A stretch of 64,000 nt of DNA from positions 48,082 through 112,081 of the forward strand of contig CACONQ010000004.1 in NCBI GenBank assembly GCA_902628635.1. Direction: 5' to 3'. Shown in pieces: positions 1 through 10,406 of this stretch. This stretch comes from an uncultured Pelagibacteraceae bacterium (GTDB taxonomy: Bacteria; Pseudomonadota; Alphaproteobacteria; Pelagibacterales; Pelagibacteraceae). The number at the start of each line of letters is the position of its first letter. The stretch's first letter is position 1. Both the position numbers and the translations under genes were made by a program. The notes beneath the pieces were generated by a model. It had not been told where the DNA came from. It saw only the letters and a program-made list of their open reading frames with translations, and ran no database searches.

Positions 1-1621
1 GAAGTCCAGGCATTGTCATTATTTCTCCGCATACAATGACTACAAATTCAGCTCCAGAGGATAGTCTTACTTCTCTAACAGGAAGCACATGATCTGAAGG
101 AGCACCTTTAAGACTAGGATCGGTTGAAAAACTATATTGTGTTTTTGCAATACAAACAGGTAAATTACCGAATCCTTTTTCCTCAAAATCTTTTAATTGT
201 TGTCTGATTTTAGTATCAGCAACTACCTCGCTCGCACGATAAATCTCAACTGCTATTTTTTCAATTTTTTTAAATAATGTTAATTTATCTTCATACAAAT
301 AATTAAAATTGTTTTTTTCATTTTCACATATATTCACAACAGTTTGTGCAAGTTCTTTTGTACCATTTCCTCCATCTGCCCAATGAGTGCACATTGAAGC
401 TTTTACATCCAACTTTTTACAAAAATCTAGTAATGCTTTTGACTCATTTTCTGTATCTAAAATAAATTTATTTATAGCAACAGTTACTGGTAATCCAAAT
501 TTCCTTACATTATTTATATGTCTTTCTAAATTTACTAAACCTTTTTTAACAGCATCAACATTTTCTTTTTTCAAATCTGCTTTCTCTACACCTCCATGCA
601 TTTTCAGAGCCCTAATAGTTGCTACTATGACAACACAATCAGGTTTTAATCCTGATTTTCTACATTTAATATCCAAAAACTTTTCTGCACCTAGATCTGC
701 ACCAAAACCTGCTTCAGTTACAACATAATCTGCTAATTTAAGACCTGCCTTTGTAGCTATTACTGAGTTACATCCATGAGCAATATTTGCAAATGGTCCG
801 CCATGAATAATTGCAGGATTATTTTCTAAAGTTTGTGTAATGTTTGGTTTGATTGCATCTTTTAATAAAACTGTCATAGGCCCTTGTGCATTTAACTCTT
901 TTGCGTAAATAGGTTTTTTTTCTCTTGTATAAGCTATAGTTATATTCCCAATTCTTTTTTCTAAATCTTCAAGATTATTTGCCAAGCAAAAGATTGCCAT
1001 TATCTCTGAAGCTACAGTAATATCAAAGCCATCTTGTCTTGGATAACCATTAGCGACACCCCCAAGATTAATATTTATTGATCTAAGGGATCTATCATTC
1101 ATATCTATAACTCTTTTCCAAACCACTCTTCTAACATCTATGTTTAATTTATTTCCCCAATAAATATGATTATCAATTAATGCTGATAATAAATTGTGAG
1201 CAGACGTTATTGCATGAAAATCTCCAGTGAAATGTAAATTGATTTGTTCCATTGGCACAACTTGAGCATAACCACCACCTGCAGCCCCACCTTTCATTCC
1301 AAATGACGGTCCTAGACTTGGTTCTCTTAAACACACTATAGATTTTTTTCCAATTTTATTTAGTCCATCATTAAGTCCAACTGATGTTGTAGTCTTACCT
1401 TCTCCTGCTGGAGTAGGAGTAATTGCAGTTACTAATACAAGCTTACTATTTTTATTATCTTTAATACCATCTAGATACTCCAGGTTGATTTTTGCTATAT
1501 GAGGACCCATTGGACTGAAAGCCTCAATTTTATTTGGAACGTTAATTTTTGCTAAAATATCTTGAATAGGCTGCATTTTCGCACTTCTTGCTATCTCAAT
1601 GTCAGACTTGACTGCGCCCAT
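1..1621 (-). CDS. fhs: Formate--tetrahydrofolate ligase (3' end runs off the window)
   Basis: Not in the ORF track because it is truncated. Manual translation from ATG at 1621 (RBS AAGGAG upstream) gives [19 protein letters not shown]...[12 protein letters not shown]...[29 protein letters not shown]...[16 protein letters not shown]...[13 protein letters not shown], the Fhs signatures. Confidence 0.97.
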   Translation of the reverse strand, partial: MGAVKSDIEIARSAKMQPIQDILAKINVPNKIEAFSPMGPHIAKINLEYLDGIKDNKNSKLVLVTAITPTPAGEGKTTTSVGLNDGLNKIGKKSIVCLREPSLGPSFGMKGGAAGGGYAQVVPMEQINLHFTGDFHAITSAHNLLSALIDNHIYWGNKLNIDVRRVVWKRVIDMNDRSLRSININLGGVANGYPRQDGFDITVASEIMAIFCLANNLEDLEKRIGNITIAYTREKKPIYAKELNAQGPMTVLLKDAIKPNITQTLENNPAIIHGGPFANIAHGCNSVIATKAGLKLADYVVTEAGFGADLGAEKFLDIKCRKSGLKPDCVVIVATIRALKMHGGVEKADLKKENVDAVKKGLVNLERHINNVRKFGLPVTVAINKFILDTENESKALLDFCKKLDVKASMCTHWADGGNGTKELAQTVVNICENEKNNFNYLYEDKLTLFKKIEKIAVEIYRASEVVADTKIRQQLKDFEEKGFGNLPVCIAKTQYSFSTDPSLKGAPSDHVLPVREVRLSSGAEFVVIVCGEIMTMPGL

Positions 1622-1711
1622 TTTGTCTCCTTTAGAACTTTATATTATGCTCGAGATTTCTATACTTTATTATTTAATTTTGAAAGAAATAAATTAAGTG
1701 TATTATTAATT

Positions 1712-2968
1712 ATGCAAAAGTATTCAGTATTTAACCTCATAAAGAACGCATTCTCCAGTCATGAAAATTGGGAAGTTGCCTGGAAAGACCCAACTCCAAA
1801 AAAAAGTTATGATGTAATTATTATTGGAGGCGGAGGACATGGGCTCGCTACTGCATATTATCTAGCTAAAGAACATAATATTACAAATGTCGCTATTATT
1901 GAAAAAGGCTGGATAGGAGGCGGCAACGTTGGAAGAAATACTACAATTATAAGATCTAATTTTATGCACGATGCCAATGGAAGATTTAACGAATTTTCTA
2001 TGGATCTTTGGAGAAACATGAGTCAAGAACTGAACTTCAATGTAATGTTTTCTCCAAGAGGAATTATTAACCTTGCACATTCTGATGCTCAAATGAATGC
2101 TTACGCAAGAAGAGGAAACTCAATGAGATTAAACGGTATTGATGCAGTTTTATTAAATAGGGAACAAGTAAAAAAACTAATTCCTATGGCAGATTTTTCT
2201 GAAGATGTAAGATTTCCAATATTTGGGGGATTGATGCAGCCCAGCGCTGGAACAGCAAGGCACGATGCAGTTGCTTGGGGTTATGCAAGACAAGCAGATT
2301 CAATGGGTGTTGATATAATTCAAAATTGCGAAGTAATTGGTTTTGATGTGGTTGGTGGAAAAATAAAAGGAGTAAGAACTTCAAAAGGTGATATCAAGGC
2401 AAACAAAATAGGATTATGTGTTGCCGGCAGCACGTCAATTCTTGCTGAAAAATTAAATATGACACTTCCAATTGAGACACATCTTTTACAAGCATGTGTA
2501 TCTGAGCCTATTAAACCTCTCTTGGATCATGTAGTTACATTTGGTGCAGGACATTTTTATTGCAGTCAGTCAGACAAAGGTGAAATGGTTATGGGAGGTG
2601 ACCTTGACGGTTATAATAGTTATGCTCAAAGAGGAAACTTACCAACTTTACAACATGTGTTAACTGAAGGAATAGCAATGTTCCCATTTTTAAGTAAATT
2701 AAAAATGTTGAGGACATGGGGTGGTATAATGGATATGTCAATGGATGGTTCACCTATAATTGATAAAACACATATTGAAGGATTATATTTAAACTGTGGC
2801 TGGTGTTACGGTGGTTTTAAATCAACCCCCGCATCCGGTTGGACGTTTGCACACACTATTGCACAAGATAAAGTACATAAATTAAATGCAGACTATAGTT
2901 TAAATAGATTTAGCAAGGGATATTTATTAGACGAGAAAGGTCTTGGAACAAAAACTTGGATATCCTAA
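1712..2968 (+). CDS. soxB: Heterotetrameric sarcosine oxidase / N-methylglutamate dehydrogenase beta subunit (SoxB/MgdA-like)
   Basis: GGGGHGLATAYYLAKEH FAD motif, GGGNVGRNTTIIRSN, GTARHDAVAWGYAR. Start moved to ATG 1712 (MQKYS) because the longer ORF overlaps fhs. Confidence 0.93.
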   Translation: MQKYSVFNLIKNAFSSHENWEVAWKDPTPKKSYDVIIIGGGGHGLATAYYLAKEHNITNVAIIEKGWIGGGNVGRNTTIIRSNFMHDANGRFNEFSMDLWRNMSQELNFNVMFSPRGIINLAHSDAQMNAYARRGNSMRLNGIDAVLLNREQVKKLIPMADFSEDVRFPIFGGLMQPSAGTARHDAVAWGYARQADSMGVDIIQNCEVIGFDVVGGKIKGVRTSKGDIKANKIGLCVAGSTSILAEKLNMTLPIETHLLQACVSEPIKPLLDHVVTFGAGHFYCSQSDKGEMVMGGDLDGYNSYAQRGNLPTLQHVLTEGIAMFPFLSKLKMLRTWGGIMDMSMDGSPIIDKTHIEGLYLNCGWCYGGFKSTPASGWTFAHTIAQDKVHKLNADYSLNRFSKGYLLDEKGLGTKTWIS

Positions 2969-3235
2969 ATGCTATTTATAAAATGCCCATATTGTGGAAT
3001 AAGATCTCAAAATGAATTCGCTTATGGTGGTGATGCCACAGTAAAAAGGCCAGAACTTAACAAGGAAATTTCTGATAAAGAATGGGACGATTTTGTTTAC
3101 AATAGAAAAAGTCCTAGAGGAAAACATTTAGAGTTTTGGCATCACATCTCAGGTTGTAGACAATGGTTTAAAGTTCATAGAGATACAGCAACCCATGAAA
3201 TATTTAAAACTTTAAAACCTCACGAAGAGCTTTGA
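2969..3235 (+). CDS. soxD: Sarcosine oxidase delta subunit
   Basis: CPYCG...HHISGCRQWF zinc ligands; lies between soxB and soxA. Confidence 0.93.
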   Translation: MLFIKCPYCGIRSQNEFAYGGDATVKRPELNKEISDKEWDDFVYNRKSPRGKHLEFWHHISGCRQWFKVHRDTATHEIFKTLKPHEEL

Positions 3236-3237
3236 TA

Positions 3238-6234
3238 ATGACACAAGAGTTTAGATTAAAAGATGAGGGATTAATTGATAGATCCAAAAAAATTTCATTT
3301 AAGTTTAATGGAAAAAAATATTTTGGATATGAGGGTGATACTCTAGCGTCCGCTCTTATAGCAAATGGCGTTCATTTAGTTGGTAGAAGTTTTAAATATC
3401 ATAGGCCAAGAGGCTTTTATGGTGCTGGAGTTGACGACCCTTACGCTCTTGTTCAGCTAATAAGAAACAATGAGACCATTCCAAACATTAAAGCAACAGA
3501 GCAAGAATTATTTGAAGGACTAGAGGCTAAGAGTGTGAATTGTTGGCCAAATGTTAATTTTGACATAGGTGGAATTAATAATTTTTTAAGAATTTTTTTA
3601 CCTGCTGGTTTTTATTACAAAACGTTTATGTGGCCAAAAAGTTTCTGGTACAGAATATATGAGCCATTTATTAGAAAGGCAGCTGGCTTTGGAGTTGTAA
3701 CTCACGAGCACGATAAAGAAAGATATGAACATAAATATGAGTATTGTGATTTGTTGGTTACAGGATCAGGTCCATCAGGTTTAGCAAGCGCTTATTCAGC
3801 AGCTAAAAATGGTGCTAAAGTAATTTTAGCAGAAGATAAACCGAGATTTGGTGGAAGCCTTTTAACTAGTGAAGTTACAATTGGAAATCAAACAGGAAAA
3901 GAATGGGCAGATAAAATAGTAACTGAGCTTAAAGAGATGCCAAATGTTGTAGTAAAAAATAGAGCACAAGTGTTTGGTTATTACGATCACAACATGCTTG
4001 TCATGTCTGAAAGAATTTCTGAGCACATGCCAAAAACTGAAAAATTTATGCCAAAACAGAAGTTATGGTACATTAGAGCAAAGGAGGTAGTAATATCCTC
4101 AGGTTCGATTGAGAGACCTATAGTTTTTGGAAATAATGATACCCCAGGTATTCTTTTATCATCAGCTGCAAAGGAATATATGAAAGTATATGGAGTCTTG
4201 GTTGGTAAAAAACCTTTAATCTTTACAAATAATGACAGCGCCTATGAGACAGCGATAGAGTTTAAAAAAAATGGAATTAATCCAATAGTTCTTGATTCTA
4301 GAAAAGAGTTAAATTCTGATTTAATAACCGAGGCAAAGAATTTGGGTATAGATATTAAATTTGAACATGTAGTAGTAAATGCAAATGGTTATAGAAAAGT
4401 TAAATCTGCAGATATTGCTAAGATCTCTGAAGATAAAACTAATCTTGGAAAAATTGAGAATATTGCTTGCGATTGTATATGTGTATCAGGATTTTGGACA
4501 CCTACAATTCATTTAGCATCTCAATCAGGAGGTAAGACAAAATTCAATGAAGATATTGATGCATTTATTCCAAGTCAATCTAAACAGAATGAGACAACAG
4601 TTGGATCTGCAAATGGAATATTTAATTTGAATGATACACTTAAAAATTCTTTTGAAGCAGGATACGAACTGTCAAAAAAAATTACTAGCAAAGAAAATAA
4701 ATTATCTGTGCCCGCAGTTGTTGAGAAAAAAAATTCAAAACATGACAAATTTTGGTGTGTCCCATTACCCAAAGGTAAAAAATATAAAAGATTTTTGGAT
4801 TTTCAAAATGATGTAGCAGTTTCTGATATAGAATTAGCTTTACGAGAAGGTTACAGATCAATTGAGCATGTAAAAAGATATACAACATTAGGGATGGCTA
4901 CTGATCAAGGTAAAACTAGTAATTTAAATGGTTTACAATTGGTTTCAAACATTGAAAACAAAGTAGTACCCGAGGTTGGTCATACAACTTTTAGACCACC
5001 TTACACCCCAGTATCTATTGGTGCGATTGTAGGTCGAGAGGTTGGCAAGCACTCTAAACCAACTAGAAAATCTCCAATGCACTCATGGCATGAAAAAAAT
5101 AATGCTGTATTTGTTGATGCAGGACTTTGGTTACGGCCAAGATATTACAAAAAAGGAAATGAAACATTATTTGATGCTTCAAAAAGAGAAGCGGAAAATG
5201 TTAGAAAAAATGTTGGGGTATGTGATGTGACTACTCTTGGAAAAATTGACGTCAAGGGCCCAGATGCTGCTGAGTTTTTAAACAGAGTTTATACTAATGC
5301 ATGGTTAAAACTTCCTGTTGGTAAAGCAAGATACGGAGTGATGCTAAGAGAGGATGGAATAGTGATGGATGATGGAACTACAACAAGAGTATCAGAAAAT
5401 CATTACCATATGACAACAACAACTGCTCAAGCTGCAAATGTTCTATCTCATTTAGAGTATTATCTTCAAATAGTTTGGCCTGAATTAAATGTAAATGTAG
5501 TATCAACAACAGAGCAATGGGCTGGAGCTGCAATTGCCGGACCTAAATCAAGAGATCTTCTTCAAAAACTTTTTCCTGAAACAGATTGCTCAAATGATGG
5601 TTTACCTTTCATGGGATTTATCGAAACGAAATTATTTGGTGTTTACGCTAGAATTTTTAGAATTTCCTTTTCAGGAGAACTTGCATACGAGGTAAATGTT
5701 GAATCAGATAACGGAAATTTTATGTGGGAAAAAATAATTGAATTAGGAGAAGAATTTAAGATACAACCTTATGGCACTGAGGCTTTATCAACTTTAAGAA
5801 TTGAAATGGGGCACGTTGCTGGCTCAGAACTTGATGGTAGAACTACTCCATTTGATAACTCTCTAGAAGGTTTGTTGAGCAAAAAGAAAGACTTTATTGG
5901 AAAGAGATCCTTGCAAAAAGAGGCATTTATTTCACCTGATAGAGAAAAAATAGTTGGTGTTGTACCTCTAGATAAAAAAACAAGTATTCCAGAGGGGTCA
6001 TACATTGTTAGAGATGCAAATGCGAAATTACCCAACCCAAAGTTAGGTCATGTTTCAGCATCTTGCTGGAGTGTTGAATATAATAATCCCTTTTCTCTTG
6101 CAATAATAAAAGACGGAAAAAACATGATAGGTCAAAAACTATTTGCACTATCACCACTGAAAAATAAATCAATTCCTGTTGAAATTGTATCTTCTCATTA
6201 TGTAGATCCAAAAGGAGAAAGAGTTAGATCATGA
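3238..6234 (+). CDS. soxA: Sarcosine oxidase alpha subunit (NAD-binding plus GcvT/THF domain)
   Basis: GDTLASALIANG, GRSFKYHRPRG, KRYTTLGMATDQGK, RISFSGELAYE; about 1000 aa; likely ATG start at 3238. Confidence 0.95.
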   Translation: MTQEFRLKDEGLIDRSKKISFKFNGKKYFGYEGDTLASALIANGVHLVGRSFKYHRPRGFYGAGVDDPYALVQLIRNNETIPNIKATEQELFEGLEAKSVNCWPNVNFDIGGINNFLRIFLPAGFYYKTFMWPKSFWYRIYEPFIRKAAGFGVVTHEHDKERYEHKYEYCDLLVTGSGPSGLASAYSAAKNGAKVILAEDKPRFGGSLLTSEVTIGNQTGKEWADKIVTELKEMPNVVVKNRAQVFGYYDHNMLVMSERISEHMPKTEKFMPKQKLWYIRAKEVVISSGSIERPIVFGNNDTPGILLSSAAKEYMKVYGVLVGKKPLIFTNNDSAYETAIEFKKNGINPIVLDSRKELNSDLITEAKNLGIDIKFEHVVVNANGYRKVKSADIAKISEDKTNLGKIENIACDCICVSGFWTPTIHLASQSGGKTKFNEDIDAFIPSQSKQNETTVGSANGIFNLNDTLKNSFEAGYELSKKITSKENKLSVPAVVEKKNSKHDKFWCVPLPKGKKYKRFLDFQNDVAVSDIELALREGYRSIEHVKRYTTLGMATDQGKTSNLNGLQLVSNIENKVVPEVGHTTFRPPYTPVSIGAIVGREVGKHSKPTRKSPMHSWHEKNNAVFVDAGLWLRPRYYKKGNETLFDASKREAENVRKNVGVCDVTTLGKIDVKGPDAAEFLNRVYTNAWLKLPVGKARYGVMLREDGIVMDDGTTTRVSENHYHMTTTTAQAANVLSHLEYYLQIVWPELNVNVVSTTEQWAGAAIAGPKSRDLLQKLFPETDCSNDGLPFMGFIETKLFGVYARIFRISFSGELAYEVNVESDNGNFMWEKIIELGEEFKIQPYGTEALSTLRIEMGHVAGSELDGRTTPFDNSLEGLLSKKKDFIGKRSLQKEAFISPDREKIVGVVPLDKKTSIPEGSYIVRDANAKLPNPKLGHVSASCWSVEYNNPFSLAIIKDGKNMIGQKLFALSPLKNKSIPVEIVSSHYVDPKGERVRS

Positions 6235-6812
6235 CAAGTATTTCTTCATTAAATAAAGTCCATCACTTAGGTCAGTATGGTAATTTTGAAAATAAAGATG
6301 AAAATCAATTAATAAAAATAAAAGAAATTAAAAATATTTTTATTTATCAAGTTGTAAAATTTAAAAATTCAAAAAAAAATAATACTGAGATAATGGTTGA
6401 TAATCTTAATTTTCCTGAAGTACTTAAAGTAAACTCAAATGATCAAACACGTATCTTATGGATGGGGCCAGAGAACTGGTTAGTTATTTCCTCAAAGAAT
6501 CTTTTAAATGAGCTCAATGAAAAGTTTTCAACGACTGAATTTGCAGTTACAGATATTTCTCATTCAAGATCTATAATTGAGCTTCAAGGCTCAGATGTGC
6601 TGGAGGTAATTAAAAAAGGATCACCATTTGATATTGAGAGCTTAACAAAAAATAATTGTACTAATACAGTCTATAATGGAATCACTATTACAATTGACAA
6701 TATCGAAGATAGTAAAAATCAAATAAGAATTATATCTTTAAGAAGTTTTGGGGAGTCGCTATACCATTCTGTCACAGATGCTTGTCTCGAGTATGGTTAT
6801 AAAGCAATTTGA
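6231..6812 (+). CDS. soxG: Sarcosine oxidase gamma subunit
   Basis: LWMGPENWLV, VTDISHSR, RSFGESLY; overlaps the soxA stop. Confidence 0.88.
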   Translation: MTSISSLNKVHHLGQYGNFENKDENQLIKIKEIKNIFIYQVVKFKNSKKNNTEIMVDNLNFPEVLKVNSNDQTRILWMGPENWLVISSKNLLNELNEKFSTTEFAVTDISHSRSIIELQGSDVLEVIKKGSPFDIESLTKNNCTNTVYNGITITIDNIEDSKNQIRIISLRSFGESLYHSVTDACLEYGYKAI

Positions 6813-6901
6813 TCGATCTCATTATGAACATATGTGGATAACTATTTTCTAGCACCTTGTAAAAATTCTAAATATCAGTACCCACAGATTTTATTTGAAT
6901 C

Positions 6902-7246
6902 ATGGGAAAATATATTAAAATTTTTGCACTATTATTTCTAACAGGGTGTCTCCAGTCTACAGCCTCACTTATTGGACCTGCCTACACTATTGGTTCATCT
7001 GGAAACATCTACCAAGCAGGATTAAGTTATGGCATTAATGAAACATTACAAAGAACAACAGGCAAATCGACTATTGATCATGCTAAGTTGTTATTAGAAA
7101 ACACTAAAAACTATCATCAACAAGGTAAAAATAAATTGAAAAATTACTCAAATAGAAGAACAAATAATATCAAAATTAGCTCAGACGAGTTTTTTACTTC
7201 AGTAAAGTCAAATATTGAAAAAATCCCTGAATATTTTATCGATTGA
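6902..7246 (+). CDS. Hypothetical lipoprotein
   Basis: Signal peptide with lipobox LTGC; no other recognisable motif. Confidence 0.65.
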   Translation: MGKYIKIFALLFLTGCLQSTASLIGPAYTIGSSGNIYQAGLSYGINETLQRTTGKSTIDHAKLLLENTKNYHQQGKNKLKNYSNRRTNNIKISSDEFFTSVKSNIEKIPEYFID

Positions 7247-7307
7247 TAATTTAATTCATAAAATCATTTAGCTTATAAAAATTTTATAATATACCTACAG
7301 GTAATTT

Positions 7308-7763
7308 ATGAATTCAATAGAAGGTAATTTTGAAAATCCCGAGGTAAATACTCTTCTTGAGAAACACTTTAAAGAACTAAGATCTGTTTCACCCGAAGGT
7401 AGTGCTCATGTCCTTGATATTCCAGGTTTAAAAGTTGAAAGTATAAAATTCTGGAGTCTTTGGGAGGAAAAGAATCTTATTGGCTGTGGTGCTTTGAAAT
7501 TTTTAGAAGAGAACCATGGTGAATTTAAATCAATAAGGGTTGTCGATGAGTTTAGAAAAAAAGGTTATGGCATTAAAATTTTAGAACACTTAATTACTGA
7601 GGCAAAAAAACTTAAAATCAAAAAACTTAGTCTCGAAACAGGCTCCGGTGACTTTTTTATTCCTGCTAGAGCTTTATTTAAAAAACTTGGTTTTATTGAA
7701 TGTAATCCATTTGCACATTACAAAAAGGATCCAAACTCTTGTTATATGAGTTTAGAAATTTAA
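7308..7763 (+). CDS. GNAT family N-acetyltransferase (YsnE-like)
   Basis: GCGALK, GEFKSIRV...RKKGYG acetyl-CoA motif A, LSLETGS, PFAHYKKDPNS. Confidence 0.88.
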   Translation: MNSIEGNFENPEVNTLLEKHFKELRSVSPEGSAHVLDIPGLKVESIKFWSLWEEKNLIGCGALKFLEENHGEFKSIRVVDEFRKKGYGIKILEHLITEAKKLKIKKLSLETGSGDFFIPARALFKKLGFIECNPFAHYKKDPNSCYMSLEI

Positions 7764-7764
7764 T

Positions 7765-8814
7765 TTATTTTAAAATATCATTTAAATTTTCAATTTGACC
7801 AATTTTAAATATTAAAGCATCATCTTCATTAAACCCAAAACTCTTGGCATTTCTTTTAAATCTTTTTGGAGGTTCTAATATAGGCTCTAACGATAGAACA
7901 AAAGTACCCCAATGAGTACCCAAAACCCTTTTGCTTTTTAGGTCTTTTGCGACTTCTAGCGCTTCCTCTGGCGTAGTATGATAAATGGACTTTTCAAACA
8001 TAGGTCTAAAATCATAAGCACCAATATTTATCATTGTTAAATCAATTGGCCCGTAGTCTTTACCCAATTTTTTATAAACTTCTCCATATCCAGTATCACA
8101 TGCAAAAAATATTTTTTTTCCTTTATACTCAATTAAAAAATTACCCCAAAGAGTCTTATTGGTGTCTGTAAGGCTTCGTTTAGACCAATGCACGGCAGGC
8201 AAAAATGTTATTTTTAAATCATTTATTTTTACTTCATCGTACCAATCTAACTCATTTACGTTTTTAAACCTATTATTGGTAAAATATTTTCCTAATTTTA
8301 AAGCTGTCAAAACTTTTGCATCTTTAAACGGAAATTTTCTTATAGTTTTTATGTCTAAGTGATCGTAATGATTATGCGTAAGTAAAAATAAATCAATTTT
8401 TGGTAATTCGTTTAAATTTAAAGCTGGGTCAACATATCTTTTGGGTCCAAAAAATAATGGACCAGCATTTCTTGAAAAAACTGGATCTGTAATTATTGTT
8501 GTATCACCTAATTTTATTAAAAATGTTGCATGACCAATCCACGCGATAAAATCATTATTTTGATTTTTCATCAGATTTTTTAGAACCACCTCTTTTTTTA
8601 TGGAATGGTCACTAGGTAATGACATATCTAGTTTTTTCTTTTCTTTATTAAACGTTCTAAATGACCAATTTACATTTTCTTTACGCTCAGGAGACCCCTC
8701 TGGATTTCTAAATTTTCCATCTGGCAAATGATGAAAGAGTTTATTTTCCATTGTAATTCCTTGAATGTTAATAGCACAAATTAACACAATAAAAATTATT
8801 AAATTAATTTTCAT
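7765..8814 (-). CDS. MBL-fold metallo-hydrolase (NAPE-PLD/RomA-like), exported
   Basis: WIGHATFLI, TDPVFS, THNHYDHLD, PAVHWSKR, HWGTF; N-terminal hydrophobic segment. Confidence 0.88.
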   Translation of the reverse strand: MKINLIIFIVLICAINIQGITMENKLFHHLPDGKFRNPEGSPERKENVNWSFRTFNKEKKKLDMSLPSDHSIKKEVVLKNLMKNQNNDFIAWIGHATFLIKLGDTTIITDPVFSRNAGPLFFGPKRYVDPALNLNELPKIDLFLLTHNHYDHLDIKTIRKFPFKDAKVLTALKLGKYFTNNRFKNVNELDWYDEVKINDLKITFLPAVHWSKRSLTDTNKTLWGNFLIEYKGKKIFFACDTGYGEVYKKLGKDYGPIDLTMINIGAYDFRPMFEKSIYHTTPEEALEVAKDLKSKRVLGTHWGTFVLSLEPILEPPKRFKRNAKSFGFNEDDALIFKIGQIENLNDILK

Positions 8815-8818
8815 TATG

Positions 8819-9865
8819 CTATTTAATTATTCTTGTAAGATGACCCATTTTTCTTTTTGGCTTTATTGATTTTTTTTTATAATCAAAGAAAAATTCATTA
8901 TCCTCAAGTTTTTTATCTCTGTATTCTAAAATATCATCTCCAATTAAATTTATCATTTCTGCATTAAACATTTTTTCAGTATTTATTTTTTCAAATTGAC
9001 AAACCGCTCTTAAATGGTTTTCAAATTGGCTAATATTATGAGAGTTTATAGTAAGATGTCCTGAATTATGTACTCTTGGAGCAATCTCATTTACATAAAG
9101 ATTATCTTTTTTATCAATAAAAAATTCAACGCATAAAGTTCCTATGTAATCCAAGGACTCCGAAATAGAAACTGCCCATTCCTTAGATAACGTTTTCAGT
9201 TTATCATTTATTTCAGCAGGTATCTTTGAAGTTTTTAATATCTGGTCTTTGTGTACATTTTCAATAGGCTCATAAATTTCATAACTATTTTTTTTAAATC
9301 TTGTTAAAATAATTGAAATTTCTTTTTTTAAATCAATAAATTTTTCTAAAATAAATTCATTATTGGTTTCTAAATTTAAATCTTTTAAATCATTTATCGA
9401 GTCAATTTTGAATTGGCCTTTTCCATCGTAACCCAAGGTACAAGTCTTTAGAAGACCAGGAATTAGATTTTTATTATGCTCTATATCAATTTTACTTTCA
9501 ATAGATTTGTAGCTAGTTGTTTTTATATTTAAATTATTAATAAAATTTTTCTCTAATAATCTATTTTGAATTATTTTATTAATCTCAGGTTTAGGATAAA
9601 CCTTTTTTTGTTTATCTATTTGATCTAGTGTTTCAAAAGGAATATTTTCGAATTCAAAAGTAACTAAATCAACTTTATTTACAAATTCTTCAATACATTT
9701 TAAATCTTTATAATCTCCAAAGATAAAATCATCACAATAATTTTTTGCTGGCGCATCTTTATCGTCGCAAAAAATTATAGTTTTAATACCTAGCTTTTTG
9801 GCAGCTACTGCTAATAAACTACCTAATTGACCTCCGCCTAATATTCCAAGATTAACTTTGGTCAT
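8819..9865 (-). CDS. purK: N5-carboxyaminoimidazole ribonucleotide synthase
   Basis: GILGGGQLG, TFEFEN, GYDGKGQ, NEIAPRVHNSGH, RKMGH. Confidence 0.97.
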   Translation of the reverse strand: MTKVNLGILGGGQLGSLLAVAAKKLGIKTIIFCDDKDAPAKNYCDDFIFGDYKDLKCIEEFVNKVDLVTFEFENIPFETLDQIDKQKKVYPKPEINKIIQNRLLEKNFINNLNIKTTSYKSIESKIDIEHNKNLIPGLLKTCTLGYDGKGQFKIDSINDLKDLNLETNNEFILEKFIDLKKEISIILTRFKKNSYEIYEPIENVHKDQILKTSKIPAEINDKLKTLSKEWAVSISESLDYIGTLCVEFFIDKKDNLYVNEIAPRVHNSGHLTINSHNISQFENHLRAVCQFEKINTEKMFNAEMINLIGDDILEYRDKKLEDNEFFFDYKKKSIKPKRKMGHLTRIIK

Positions 9866-10363
9866 CTATTTAGGCTTTTTTTTTACAGATTTAGTTTGTT
9901 TTGTCTTCCAATTATTAAGACGTTTTTTTAGTTTTTTATCAGAAAGGGAAATTATAGATGCAGACAAAAGAGCAGCATTAATTGCCCCATCATCTCCTAT
10001 AGCCACCGTGCCTACAGGAACTCCTTTTGGCATCTGAACAATTGATAATAAACTATCAAGACCTTTCAGTTTTTTACTTTCTATTGGTACTCCTAATACT
10101 GGTAAATTTGTTAAAGAAGCAATCATGCCCGGCAAGTGAGCCGATCCACCGGCACCAGCAATAATTACGGAAAAATTATTTTTCTCAGCACTTTTTGCAA
10201 AATCAAACATTCTTTTTGGAGTTCTGTGGGCTGAGACTATCTTAATCTCATGTTTAATTTTAAGTAATTTGAGTACGTTAACAGCATATTTCATAGTTGA
10301 ATAATCAGATTGACTACCCATCACAATTGCGACTTTATGGTTTTTATTCTTAATCATCCGCAT
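9866..10363 (-). CDS. purE: N5-CAIR mutase
   Basis: MGSQSD, SAHRTP, AGAGGSAHLPGM, SIVQMPKGVPV; start may be 10357. Confidence 0.97.
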   Translation of the reverse strand: MRMIKNKNHKVAIVMGSQSDYSTMKYAVNVLKLLKIKHEIKIVSAHRTPKRMFDFAKSAEKNNFSVIIAGAGGSAHLPGMIASLTNLPVLGVPIESKKLKGLDSLLSIVQMPKGVPVGTVAIGDDGAINAALLSASIISLSDKKLKKRLNNWKTKQTKSVKKKPK

Positions 10364-10406
10364 GTTTTAATATCAAAAATTTTAACACTATTATATATGT
10401 ATTTAT

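Noticed and set aside
387-728. 113-aa plus-strand ORF, and the many other short ORFs antisense or out-of-frame to long genes (e.g. 5769-6035, 34369-34710, 42833-43171, 47489-47749, 63137-63400)
   Set aside because: They lie wholly inside well-supported genes (here fhs) and read as shadow frames with no motifs.
1562-1711. N-terminal extensions given by the ORF track for soxB (also metF 16568-16693, proV 38778-38831, thiV 61214-61246)
   Set aside because: They overlap neighbouring genes or a riboswitch, or precede the family-typical N-terminus; downstream ATGs fit better.
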